Shown here: in pieces, positions 27,058 through 36,587 of the stretch | How positions within the stretch are numbered: the stretch's first letter is position 1 | Layout: each line of letters opens with the position of its first letter | Source of the DNA: Chitinophagales bacterium | GTDB taxonomy: Bacteria > Bacteroidota > Bacteroidia > Chitinophagales > BACL12 | Assembly: GCA_041751015.1 (NCBI GenBank) | Contig: JBGSYF010000022.1 | Coordinates: 48,156 to 112,155, forward strand | Direction: 5' to 3' | Length of the DNA stretch: 64,000 nt | Notes under the pieces: model-generated | The model's database searches: none | Told to the model about the DNA's origin: nothing | What the model saw: the letters and a program-made list of their open reading frames with translations, nothing else | Program-made: the position numbers and the translations under genes

Positions 27058-28029
27058 ATGGATCTCAGCCTGGTCATTCCCGCCTACAACGAACACGAAA
27101 GCCTGCCCGAATTGCTGAGCTGGATTGACAGGGTTTGTCAGGCCGAAAAGCTGCGCTATGAAGTGCTGATCATCGATGACGGTTCCGACGACGGCACCTG
27201 GGCGGTCATCCGCAAGCTCAGCGAGCAGCACAGACAATTGCGCGGCATACGTTTTCGGCGCAACTATGGAAAGTCGGCGGCGCTCAACCAGGGCTTTCAG
27301 GAGTCCCGCGGGCAGGTGGTCATCACCATGGATGCGGACCTGCAGGACAGCCCGGACGAGATCCCGGAGCTGGTTCGCCTGATCCGCGAAGAGGGCTATG
27401 ATCTGGTTTCGGGCTGGAAGCAAAAGCGCTACGATCCGCTCAGCAAAACCATTCCCAGCAAGTTTTACAATGCCGTGACCAGTTGGCTGACCGGCATCAA
27501 ACTGCACGATTTCAATTGCGGACTCAAGGCCTATCGCAGTGAGGTCGTTAAGGCCATAGAAGTCTATGGCGAAATGCACCGCCAAATCCCCCTGATCGCC
27601 AAGTCGGCCGGCTTCAAGAGGATAGGCGAGAAGGTGGTGCAGCACCGCGCCCGGCAGTACGGCTACACCAAATTCGGCCTGGAGCGCTTTGTCAACGGCT
27701 TTCTGGACCTGTTTTCCGCCTTGTTTGTGCAGCGCTTTGGCAAGCGCCCCATGCACTTGTTCGGCACCTTGGGCACCCTGTCCTTCCTGGCCGGAGCCAT
27801 CATCACCACCTGGGTTCTGCTCGACAAAGTCATCCGCCAGAGCCAGGGCCTCAAGTTCCGCGACACCACCGACAACCCCTGGTTCTACCTTGCCCTGGTC
27901 GCCGTCATCGTCGGGGTCCAGCTCTTCGTCGCGGGCTTTGTCGCCGAACTGGTCTCCCGCAACGGCTCTGACCGCAACCAGTATGATGTTGCGGAAAGAA
28001 CTGGCTTTGAAGGGGATTTGCTGGCCTGA
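27058..28029 (+). CDS. family 2 glycosyltransferase (polyprenyl-phosphate sugar transferase type)
   Basis: LSLVIPAYNEHESL ... VLIIDDGSDDGT ... NYGKSAAL ... VITMDADLQDSPDEIP, plus two C-terminal TM helices. Confidence 0.85.
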   Translation: MDLSLVIPAYNEHESLPELLSWIDRVCQAEKLRYEVLIIDDGSDDGTWAVIRKLSEQHRQLRGIRFRRNYGKSAALNQGFQESRGQVVITMDADLQDSPDEIPELVRLIREEGYDLVSGWKQKRYDPLSKTIPSKFYNAVTSWLTGIKLHDFNCGLKAYRSEVVKAIEVYGEMHRQIPLIAKSAGFKRIGEKVVQHRARQYGYTKFGLERFVNGFLDLFSALFVQRFGKRPMHLFGTLGTLSFLAGAIITTWVLLDKVIRQSQGLKFRDTTDNPWFYLALVAVIVGVQLFVAGFVAELVSRNGSDRNQYDVAERTGFEGDLLA

Positions 28030-28249
28030 ACCGCGATGCATCCGCAATCTTTTTACCGGAAGATGTAAGATTTCAAGTTGTTGTCCTGGGTTTGGGCGAG
28101 ATACTTCCCCGCGGCTGGTCGGGTTTTTAAGCATACTTTTTTCTAGACTTTGGCTAATTGTACAAATTACACTAACTTCATGTTGGTTAAGATGGGCTTA
28201 ACATTGCGTTAACAAACAACTTATCGCATAAACACATCATCTAATTGAC

Positions 28250-31200
28250 GTGATTATCAAAAGACAATTACACGCGATTGCATTATTGTTGGCATTAGCT
28301 TCAACTTCGGGCCTCTTTGCTCAGCAGAATGTGTTTAGTCGAGATGGCATATCGGCAAATTGGTGGGATGGTGCCAACCCCTGGTATTATCAGACTTATA
28401 ACAACAATGAAAATCGCCCAGACATTTGGCCTGTTCCCACGCGCAACAACGTCTTCATAGGCCACAACAGCAACACCACCATGTCGGTTAACGGAGCATT
28501 TTTCCAGCTCCGGACCCTGACTATCCAAGGCGCTGCCACATCGGCGAGAACCTACAACGCTGTATCCGGTGGTGGCATCAGTCTGAGTGTCGGCCTCCGC
28601 AACGAGTCTACGGCTTCTCAAACCTTCAACGTTCCCATCGGAGTTGATGGCTCCAGCGTTGCTTTTGAAACGGTTAGCGGCAACCTCAACTTCACCAATA
28701 ACTTTTTCCTCAACGCCAACACTGCCGTCTTTGACGGAGGCAATAACACCTTCGTTTCCGGTCATATCCAGGGCTCTGGTGGCTCCGTGACCAAGAATGG
28801 AAGCGGTTTGTTGATTTTCGCCAACAGCAGCAACAATTATACCGGCAGCACCACCATCAACGCCGGTACGCTGCGCATCGGAAACGACGGTGGAAACGGC
28901 GTGTTGCCCACAGCCGTGACGAACAATGGAACCCTGCAGTTCAGACGATCCAACGATTACACCTACGGACAGGTGATCTCTGGCACAGGACAAGTTGTCA
29001 AAGGCTCGGGCGGTGTTTTGACCTTGTCTGGCAACAACACCTACTCTGGAGCCACCACCATAGATGCCGGAACGCTGCGCATGACCCATGCTAATGCCCT
29101 GGGCAGTACGGCTGCTGGCACCACTGTAGTCAGTGGGGCCTCCTTTGAATTGTCCGGAGGCCTTAACGTAGGCAGCGAGCTCCTCGTCCTCTACGGAGAG
29201 GGCGTGAGCACCATCGGCGCCCTGCGCAACATCGCCGGTAACAATTCCTGGTCGGGTCAGGTTAGCATTGGCAGCGATACAAGATTGTTTACGGAGACTT
29301 CTACCGCCCTGGATTTAAGCGGAGTGATCAGCAGCGGTGGCACTTATGTGCTGACCAAGACCGGCACCGGCACCCTGACCATCTCGGGCAGCAGTCCCAA
29401 CACGGCCAATGGAACCTTAGTGCTTAGCGCAGGTACTCTCAACCTGAGTAAGTCTGCAGACACCCGCGCCGTTGACAACGTCACGGTCAACAGCGGCGCT
29501 ACTCTTAACACCAACGCAGCTAACCAGTGGGGCACCGGCACCCCCGGGCTGCTCACCGCAAACGGCACGGTAAATTTCAACAACCACAACCAGACAATAG
29601 CGCTTGCCGGTACAACAGGAAGCATTGCACTGGGCTCTGCGAACATGACTATAAACAACCTGTTTACCGACAGCTACAGCGGCACCATCAGCGGAACGGG
29701 TAGCGTGGTCAAAACGGGTATTGGTACACAGACTCTGGCCGGGACGCAGAGTTACACGGGGTCCACTACAGCTACGGGAGGAACGCTGTTTATCGGAACG
29801 AGCCTGGCTTCGACAACCCTGGTGGTGAACGGTGGTCGTTTGGAGAGTACCGCCAGCAACGTTATCAACGACGCAGCAACTTTAACAGTTAGTTCGGGTA
29901 CGCTTGATCTGCTTACGGATGCCATAGGAAATCTTACGGTAAGCGGAACGGGGATGGTGGAGCTCAATGCCTCCCATACCTTGACCGTATCTGCACTGAG
30001 TGCCACAGCCGACAATCGCTTTTCTGCAGCAAGCGGCTCTACGTTGGCATTGGCTTCCGGCACCCATTCCATACAGACCGAAACGCTGCACAATCTAACG
30101 CTGCTCCCTGGGGCAACGCTGACGGTTGAGGAAGGCAAAACCCTAACGATCAACGGAACGCTGAATTTACAAGGCGGAACTCTTGTGCTGGCTCCGGGAG
30201 CCATTCCCGCGACATTGGTATACGGTCCAAGCTCCGAGTTGTACTACAACACGGGCACTTCAGTCAGCCCCACCTTGGAATGGACCTCAACCCTTTCGCC
30301 AAACAGCATCCGCATTGGGGCATCGACCACGGTAACCCTGAACAGCAGTGATCTGGACTGCACCAGCTTAACGATTGAGAGCGGCGGAACCCTGGATTTG
30401 GACGATCATAGCTTAGAGCTGCGCTCCTCCGGCACCCTGACCAACAACGGCACCTTTACTGCTGGCGCGGGAACCATAGTGTTCAAGGGCGGCAACACCG
30501 TGGCGGGTTCTTCCACGACCCAGTTTTACAACGCCGATCTTGATGGGGGAGGAACCAATTTTGGGAGCAACAGTCAGTTGTCGAACCACCTGAGGATCTT
30601 GGCCGGAGCTTTCGTGCAGACCAACCGGCCCGTGTATGGTGCATCAGCTACGCTCATATATGAAACGGGAGCTAACTACGATATCTTCAGCACCAACCGG
30701 GAGTGGGAATTGGTCAGCACCACCAACAACCCACCCAATGTGGAGATTCGCAGCAGCAGTGTGGTGGTGGACAATACCGCAGGCACGGGACTTCGCGCGG
30801 GCAACTTGTTCCTGACCAATACCGGATCGCTGACCCTTAACCCGCCAACTACAACTCAGCCTTCCTTCAACTTACTTTTACTCAATGGCGATCTGATTAC
30901 TTCGGGCAGCAGCTCACTGACGGTCAACAACGGAGATGGCATTCATCTCAAACCCACTGCTAATGGGGCATATGATGTTCGCGTAAATGGTTCTGTTTTG
31001 ATTGGCAGCAGCTCAACAGTCACGCTCAATGATGATGTGGTCGATGACATATATGTGCGCGAAGATTTCACCATTAACGGTAGCTTCCTGCCCAGCGGTC
31101 GCGCCGTGTATTTCAACGGAACAGCGCTGCAAACCTTAATTGACAGCGGTTCTACGATGTTCAACTATGTCAGGGTGCAGAACACCAGTGGTCTGGACAC

Positions 31201-32305
31201 CGCTTTGCTGGTATTGACTGACTGGTCAGTCGAGAATCAGTTGGAAGTGGCCAGTGGCATCGTCACCACAGCTTCAGGTCATACGCTGTTCCTGGAGCCC
31301 GATGCCCTGCTGTCTTTTGCCAACATCAACACCGGATACCTCAACGGCCGTACGGAACAGACCAAGGTGCTCAGCGGTACCGATACCATTGCCATAGCCT
31401 ATGGCCTGCGGATCAACTCCAATGGCAATAACCTGGGAAGCACCACGGTGCTCACTATCAGCGGGCCCGATGGCATTGTCAATCCCGAAGGCCCGACCTT
31501 CGCTGAGGGCATCGCCAAGCGCTGGGACATCGGGCCAACAACTCAACCGAGCACGGATGTAGAGCTCGAGTTCTTCTGGTCTACGGCCCACCAGAACGGC
31601 AAGTCAACCGACGATTTGTTCTGCTGGCGTTTGCCCAATGCCGCAACTGAATGGGAGGTCCTCAACATCACGGCCTACGATCTGGCCGATGGCAATCCTG
31701 TGCAGACTGTGTCCGGATTTTCGGGCTTCACCTTCTCGGACGGAAGCAATCCTCTTCCGGTGGAATTGGTCACGTTCGAAGGCCAGGCGGCTAACGGTCA
31801 GGTGGTGCTGAGCTGGACCACAGCTACGGAGATCAACAGCGCTTCGTTTACGGTGGAGCGCAGCCGGGATGCGATGGGGTTCAACGCCATCGGCACGTTG
31901 GCGGCTGCTGGAGTCTCTACGCGTATGCGGGAGTACTCGCTCATTGATCAGCAACCCTTCCCCGGTATGAATTATTACCGCCTGCGCCAGACGGATCTGG
32001 ACGGCAGCGAAGCGTTCAGCAAGGTGATTTCGGTGCATTTTGCGCAGGCCGGACCCGATGCGGTCTTCCCGGTGCCAACACAGGATTACTTGCAGGTCAC
32101 CTGGACGCTCCTTCAGGATGGCCAGGTGTGGCTCAGTCTGACCGACCTGGCGGGTCGGGTGCTGCTCCGGCAGCAGGAGAATGCCATGGCGGGAATCAAC
32201 CGTTTTGCGCTGAATCTGGCGGAGCTGCCCAGCGGAATTTACCAGCTTGAGCTCCGCGACGCGCAGGGCCAGCGAATGGGCGGTGCTCCGGTGATAAGGC
32301 AGTAA
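28250..32305 (+). CDS. large surface protein: autotransporter-associated beta-strand (PATR) repeats + T9SS type A C-terminal sorting domain
   Basis: GTG start with signal peptide MIIKRQLHAIALLLALASTSGLFAQQ. Repeats NNYTGSTTINAGTLRIG / NTYSGATTIDAGTLRM. C-terminus ...FPVPTQDYLQV...LSLTDLAGRVLL...LPSGIYQLELRD is a type A CTD pattern. Confidence 0.8.
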   Translation: MIIKRQLHAIALLLALASTSGLFAQQNVFSRDGISANWWDGANPWYYQTYNNNENRPDIWPVPTRNNVFIGHNSNTTMSVNGAFFQLRTLTIQGAATSARTYNAVSGGGISLSVGLRNESTASQTFNVPIGVDGSSVAFETVSGNLNFTNNFFLNANTAVFDGGNNTFVSGHIQGSGGSVTKNGSGLLIFANSSNNYTGSTTINAGTLRIGNDGGNGVLPTAVTNNGTLQFRRSNDYTYGQVISGTGQVVKGSGGVLTLSGNNTYSGATTIDAGTLRMTHANALGSTAAGTTVVSGASFELSGGLNVGSELLVLYGEGVSTIGALRNIAGNNSWSGQVSIGSDTRLFTETSTALDLSGVISSGGTYVLTKTGTGTLTISGSSPNTANGTLVLSAGTLNLSKSADTRAVDNVTVNSGATLNTNAANQWGTGTPGLLTANGTVNFNNHNQTIALAGTTGSIALGSANMTINNLFTDSYSGTISGTGSVVKTGIGTQTLAGTQSYTGSTTATGGTLFIGTSLASTTLVVNGGRLESTASNVINDAATLTVSSGTLDLLTDAIGNLTVSGTGMVELNASHTLTVSALSATADNRFSAASGSTLALASGTHSIQTETLHNLTLLPGATLTVEEGKTLTINGTLNLQGGTLVLAPGAIPATLVYGPSSELYYNTGTSVSPTLEWTSTLSPNSIRIGASTTVTLNSSDLDCTSLTIESGGTLDLDDHSLELRSSGTLTNNGTFTAGAGTIVFKGGNTVAGSSTTQFYNADLDGGGTNFGSNSQLSNHLRILAGAFVQTNRPVYGASATLIYETGANYDIFSTNREWELVSTTNNPPNVEIRSSSVVVDNTAGTGLRAGNLFLTNTGSLTLNPPTTTQPSFNLLLLNGDLITSGSSSLTVNNGDGIHLKPTANGAYDVRVNGSVLIGSSSTVTLNDDVVDDIYVREDFTINGSFLPSGRAVYFNGTALQTLIDSGSTMFNYVRVQNTSGLDTALLVLTDWSVENQLEVASGIVTTASGHTLFLEPDALLSFANINTGYLNGRTEQTKVLSGTDTIAIAYGLRINSNGNNLGSTTVLTISGPDGIVNPEGPTFAEGIAKRWDIGPTTQPSTDVELEFFWSTAHQNGKSTDDLFCWRLPNAATEWEVLNITAYDLADGNPVQTVSGFSGFTFSDGSNPLPVELVTFEGQAANGQVVLSWTTATEINSASFTVERSRDAMGFNAIGTLAAAGVSTRMREYSLIDQQPFPGMNYYRLRQTDLDGSEAFSKVISVHFAQAGPDAVFPVPTQDYLQVTWTLLQDGQVWLSLTDLAGRVLLRQQENAMAGINRFALNLAELPSGIYQLELRDAQGQRMGGAPVIRQ

Positions 32306-32456
32306 CAGACTCGCACACGGTGGCCAGTGTAAGGTCTCGCGTCAGCAGTCAATGCCCTGGCGCAACGGCTGCAGGCCCCGCGGCAGTGGCTCGATACAGG
32401 TGAAGTGTCCACAATTTGGCACGGTGTTTGGCTATGCTTGAGGGTATCAAAAACCC

Positions 32457-32837
32457 TTGACCATGAAAGCCTTATTCAACCCCGGTTTTGCGATGCTCCT
32501 GTTGATGGCGGTGTTTTCAGCCTCTTGCATCTATGTTCAGGACAACGGTCCGGTGCCTATTGTGCAGAGTGCCGATCTGGAAGTTCGGGTCAATACCCCT
32601 TCCGGTTTTGTGGTCATCGGTGCCGAAGTGCTGCTCTACCAGAGTTATCAGGATGCCCTGAACGCCCGTTACCCTATTGCCAGGGGCTGGACCGATGGTT
32701 ATGGAGTGGTTTACTTCCACGAACTCCCTGCCGGATATCCTTACTATGTGCGCGCCCAGGGTTCGAGATCCTTCAGTCTGGGATCGGTGTTCATAGAGCA
32801 TCAGGGTCTTTGGGTCATTCTCATGGAATTGATCTGA
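32457..32837 (+). CDS. hypothetical lipoprotein
   Basis: Lipobox-like LLMAVFSASC near the N-terminus. About 126 aa, no other motif. Confidence 0.45.
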   Translation: MTMKALFNPGFAMLLLMAVFSASCIYVQDNGPVPIVQSADLEVRVNTPSGFVVIGAEVLLYQSYQDALNARYPIARGWTDGYGVVYFHELPAGYPYYVRAQGSRSFSLGSVFIEHQGLWVILMELI

Positions 32838-32954
32838 TAACCGGCTTTCCCTCAGCCAAGGGCAGGTCATTGCCCCGCCCTTCCCCCGACATAAAACAGC
32901 CCGCTTCAGCGTGAACTCCCTTGGTCTTCAAGCGTTTATTTAGCGCCTGAACTG

Positions 32955-32962
32955 TACTTTTG
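32955..32962 (+). promoter_or_regulatory. Bacteroidota-type -7 promoter box for sdhCAB
   Basis: TACTTTTG lies 26 nt upstream of the ATG at 32988. Confidence 0.45.
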
Positions 32963-32987
32963 CGCCAGTTCAAAGTTTTTAGTTCTT

Positions 32988-33671
32988 ATGAGTTGGCTGA
33001 CTACATTCCTGACCTCCAGCATAGGTCGAAAATCCATAGTGGCCCTGACCGGCTTGTTTCTCTGCACCTTTCTGGTGGTGCATATGATCGGAAATCTTCA
33101 ACTGATCTGGGGCAGCAGGGATGCCTTCAATGAATACACGCATATGATGACCCACAACAAGGTCATCAAGCTGTTGTCCTATGCCACCTATGCCAGCATT
33201 CTCTTGCACGCGGTCATGGCCATCTGGGTCAACCGCACCAATGCCGCCGCCAGATCCACGGCCTATGCCGTTTCGGGATCCAGTTCCAACAGTTCCTGGG
33301 CCAGCCGCAACATGGTTTTCCTGGGCGTAGTACTGCTGGTTTACATCATTGTGCATCTGGGCAATTTTTGGTTTGTGCTCAAGTTTGGTCAGGTGGAGGT
33401 TTACAATACGGCCAACTACAATGGGTTAAAAGACATGTACACCGTGGTCATGACAGCCTTCCAGAAGGAATGGCTGGTCTTGCTTTATGTTGCCGGAATG
33501 GCGGCTTTGGCCTTCCATCTGGTGCACGGATTTCAAAGCGGATTTCAGACCATAGGAGCCAACCATCCCAAATACAATCTGTTGATTAAGCAGGTGGGCA
33601 TAGCCGTGTTTGGCATCCTGATTCCCCTTGGATTTGCGGCCATTCCGGTGGCAGTGTATTTCCTGAAATAG
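32988..33671 (+). CDS. sdhC: succinate dehydrogenase / fumarate reductase cytochrome b subunit (b558 family)
   Basis: 227-aa five-helix membrane protein with conserved His residues (FLVVHMIGNL, ILLHAVMA, IIVHLGNFW, FHLVHGFQ). It sits directly upstream of sdhA/sdhB. Confidence 0.85.
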   Translation: MSWLTTFLTSSIGRKSIVALTGLFLCTFLVVHMIGNLQLIWGSRDAFNEYTHMMTHNKVIKLLSYATYASILLHAVMAIWVNRTNAAARSTAYAVSGSSSNSSWASRNMVFLGVVLLVYIIVHLGNFWFVLKFGQVEVYNTANYNGLKDMYTVVMTAFQKEWLVLLYVAGMAALAFHLVHGFQSGFQTIGANHPKYNLLIKQVGIAVFGILIPLGFAAIPVAVYFLK

Positions 33672-33704
33672 CACACTTGTTTATTGCTCTTCAACCATAG
33701 ACTG

Positions 33705-35648
33705 ATGTACTCCGACCAACTCAACGCCCGCATTCCCGAAGGTCCTCTGGCAGAGAAATGGACCCGTTACCGCTCTGTGCTTCCCCTGGTCAGCCCAAAC
33801 AACAAGCGCAGGCTGGACATCATAGTCATTGGAACGGGTTTGGCGGGGGCAGCGGCGGCGTCTTCTTTGGGTGAGCTGGGTTACAACGTCAAGGCTTTCT
33901 GTTTTCAGGACAGTCCGCGCCGCGCGCACTCTATCGCTGCTCAGGGGGGCATCAATGCCGCCAAGAACTACCAGAACGACGGTGATTCGGTCTACCGGCT
34001 TTTCTACGACACCATCAAGGGAGGGGACTACCGCTCCCGCGAGGCCAATGTCTACCGTCTGGCCGAAGTCAGCACCTCCATCATAGACCAGTGCGTGGCC
34101 CAGGGAGTGCCCTTCGCCCGCGAGTATGGCGGCCTGCTGGCCAACCGCTCTTTCGGCGGGGTGCAGGTGTCGCGGACTTTTTACGCCAGAGGCCAGACAG
34201 GTCAGCAGCTTTTGCTGGGCGCCTATCAATCCCTGAGCAAGGAGATTGCCCACGGCAGGGTCAAAATGTACAACCGGCACGAGATGCTGGATGTGGTCAT
34301 CATAGATGGAAAGGCCAGGGGTATCATTGCCCGCGACCTGGTCACCGGCAAGCTGGAGCGCCACAGTGCCCATGCGGTGGTCATCGCTTCGGGAGGCTAT
34401 GGCAATGTCTTTTTTCTGTCCACCAACGCCATGGGCAGCAATGTGACCGCTTCCTGGAAGGCCTATAAAAAGGGCGCTTTCATGGCCAATCCATGCTTTA
34501 CCCAGATTCACCCTACCTGCATTCCGGTCAAGGGCGCACATCAGAGCAAACTGACTTTGATGAGCGAAAGTCTTCGCAACGATGGCAGGGTTTGGGTGCC
34601 CAAGACCCAGGAGGACGCAAAGAAGATCGCCTCTGGCCAGCTCAAGCCCGTCGATCTGCCGGATGATCGCCGCGACTATTTCCTGGAGCGCATGTACCCC
34701 TCCTTTGGCAACCTGGTGCCTCGCGATGTGGCTTCGCGAGCCGCCAAGATGGTATGCGATGATGGAAGGGGGGTGAACGAAAGCGGTCAGGCCGTCTTCC
34801 TGGACTTTAGGGACTCAATTCTGCGCCTGGGTGAGCCCGTGATCAGGGAGCGCTATGGAAACCTTTTCGACATGTACGAAAAGATTACGGCCCAGAACCC
34901 CTACAAAACCCCGATGATGATCTACCCTGCCGTGCACTATACCATGGGCGGCACCTGGGTGGATTACAATCTTATGACCACCATTCCGGGGCTCTTCGCC
35001 CTGGGCGAATGCAATTTCTCGGATCACGGTGCCAACCGACTTGGGGCTTCTGCGCTGATGCAGGGGCTCGCTGATGGCTATTTCGTCATTCCCTACACCA
35101 TTGGCACTTTCCTTAGCAAGGAGATTCTCACCCCGCGCATTGATACCAACCGGCTGGAGTTTGAGCAGGCCGAGCGCGAAGTGCGGCACACCCTGAGCCG
35201 CTTTTTGGGCATGAAGGGCAGTCAGACTGTTGATACCCTGCATCGCAAGCTCGGACAGATCATGTGGGACTATTGCGGCATGGCCCGCAATGCCGAAGGT
35301 CTGCAAAAGGCCCTGGACATGATTGCCGATGTGCGCCATCAATTCTGGACTGATCTCTATGTTCCGGGCAGCGCTGAAGAATTCAATCCGGAGCTCGAAA
35401 AGGCTATGCGCGTCGCCGACTTTATCGAGTTGGGCGATCTGATGATCCGCGATGCCTACAATCGCAATGAATCCTGCGGCGGGCATTTCAGAGAGGAATA
35501 CAGCTCTGGAGGAGAGGCCCTTCGCGATGATGAGAATTACACCTATGTGGCCGCATGGGAGTACAAAGGAGAGGGTCAGACGCCGGCCCTGCACAAGGAG
35601 GAGTTGATCTATGAGAACATTGAACTCAAAACCCGCTCCTACGTTTGA
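33705..35648 (+). CDS. sdhA: succinate dehydrogenase / fumarate reductase flavoprotein subunit
   Basis: [18 protein letters not shown] fold; covalent-FAD region [15 protein letters not shown]; HYTMGG; C-terminal [10 protein letters not shown]. The ATG at 33705 is preferred over the TTG at 33684. Confidence 0.93.
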   Translation: MYSDQLNARIPEGPLAEKWTRYRSVLPLVSPNNKRRLDIIVIGTGLAGAAAASSLGELGYNVKAFCFQDSPRRAHSIAAQGGINAAKNYQNDGDSVYRLFYDTIKGGDYRSREANVYRLAEVSTSIIDQCVAQGVPFAREYGGLLANRSFGGVQVSRTFYARGQTGQQLLLGAYQSLSKEIAHGRVKMYNRHEMLDVVIIDGKARGIIARDLVTGKLERHSAHAVVIASGGYGNVFFLSTNAMGSNVTASWKAYKKGAFMANPCFTQIHPTCIPVKGAHQSKLTLMSESLRNDGRVWVPKTQEDAKKIASGQLKPVDLPDDRRDYFLERMYPSFGNLVPRDVASRAAKMVCDDGRGVNESGQAVFLDFRDSILRLGEPVIRERYGNLFDMYEKITAQNPYKTPMMIYPAVHYTMGGTWVDYNLMTTIPGLFALGECNFSDHGANRLGASALMQGLADGYFVIPYTIGTFLSKEILTPRIDTNRLEFEQAEREVRHTLSRFLGMKGSQTVDTLHRKLGQIMWDYCGMARNAEGLQKALDMIADVRHQFWTDLYVPGSAEEFNPELEKAMRVADFIELGDLMIRDAYNRNESCGGHFREEYSSGGEALRDDENYTYVAAWEYKGEGQTPALHKEELIYENIELKTRSYV

Positions 35649-35712
35649 TTACTGATGCAGAGCTCTTCGCCAGCTTTCGTTAACTGGTGTCCGGGGCCCT
35701 GCAAAAAGCCTA

Positions 35713-36465
35713 TTGATGATGAAGCTCACGTTGAAAGTCTGGAGACAAAAGAACGCTCAGGCAGCCGGAAAATTCGAGACCTATCAATTGGACAAGGTCA
35801 GTCCGGACAGCTCCTTTCTGGAGATGATGGACCTGCTCAACGATCAGTTGCTCAACCAAAAGCAGGAGCCGGTGGCCTTTGATCACGATTGTCGAGAGGG
35901 AATCTGCGGAACCTGCAGTCTTTACATCAACGGACACCCCCACGGCCCGGATCAAACAACGACCTGTCAGTTGCATATGCGCAGCTTCCACGACGGGCAG
36001 ACCATCACGATTGAACCCTGGAGGGCCAGGGCTTTTCCCGTCATCCGGGACCTCGCCGTGGATCGCTCGGCCTTTGATCGCATCATTCAGGCGGGGGGAT
36101 ACATCTCGGTGAGCACCGGACAGGCCCAGGATGCCAATGCCATTCCCATTCCCAAGATCCAGGCCGATGAGGCTATGGACGCCGCCGCCTGCATTGCCTG
36201 CGGAGCCTGTGTGGCCGCCTGCAAGAACGCTTCGGCCATGCTCTTTGTCGGGGCCAAGGTCAGCCATTTGGGTCTCTTGCCCCAGGGTAGGCCAGAGGCC
36301 GCGCTGCGGGTTGAAGCCATGGTGGCTCAGATGGACAAGGAGGGTTTTGGGGCCTGCACCAATACAGGGGCCTGTTCAGCGGAGTGCCCTAAGGAGATTC
36401 CCCAGTCGGTCATCGCCATGCTCAACCGCGAGTATTTGCTGGCCAGCGTGGCCTCGCGTCAGTAG
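35713..36465 (+). CDS. sdhB: succinate dehydrogenase / fumarate reductase iron-sulfur subunit
   Basis: 2Fe-2[11 protein letters not shown]...C; 4Fe-4S/3Fe-4[12 protein letters not shown] and [12 protein letters not shown]. Confidence 0.92.
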   Translation: MMMKLTLKVWRQKNAQAAGKFETYQLDKVSPDSSFLEMMDLLNDQLLNQKQEPVAFDHDCREGICGTCSLYINGHPHGPDQTTTCQLHMRSFHDGQTITIEPWRARAFPVIRDLAVDRSAFDRIIQAGGYISVSTGQAQDANAIPIPKIQADEAMDAAACIACGACVAACKNASAMLFVGAKVSHLGLLPQGRPEAALRVEAMVAQMDKEGFGACTNTGACSAECPKEIPQSVIAMLNREYLLASVASRQ

Positions 36466-36587
36466 AGCAACTGATTTTCGAGTTGGGAACTTGCGTGCCG
36501 GGTTCTGGCCTGTACCACAAGCGCCATCTTTTGCGTTTTAGAGCGTACTGCGCGCCCATCTTGACCGCTGTACCCGTCTTCTTTCGT

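Noticed and set aside
23500-28134. Long minus-strand ORFs (425, 340 and 415 aa) opposite the batA-like, dihydroorotase-like and GT2 genes. Similar antisense ORFs occur at 5111-6109, 44998-46242, 47307-48362, 55103-56284 and 59021-60049.
   Set aside because: High G+C keeps antisense frames open. Their translations are Arg/Ala/Gly/Gln-rich with no motifs, while the opposite strand carries clear family signatures.
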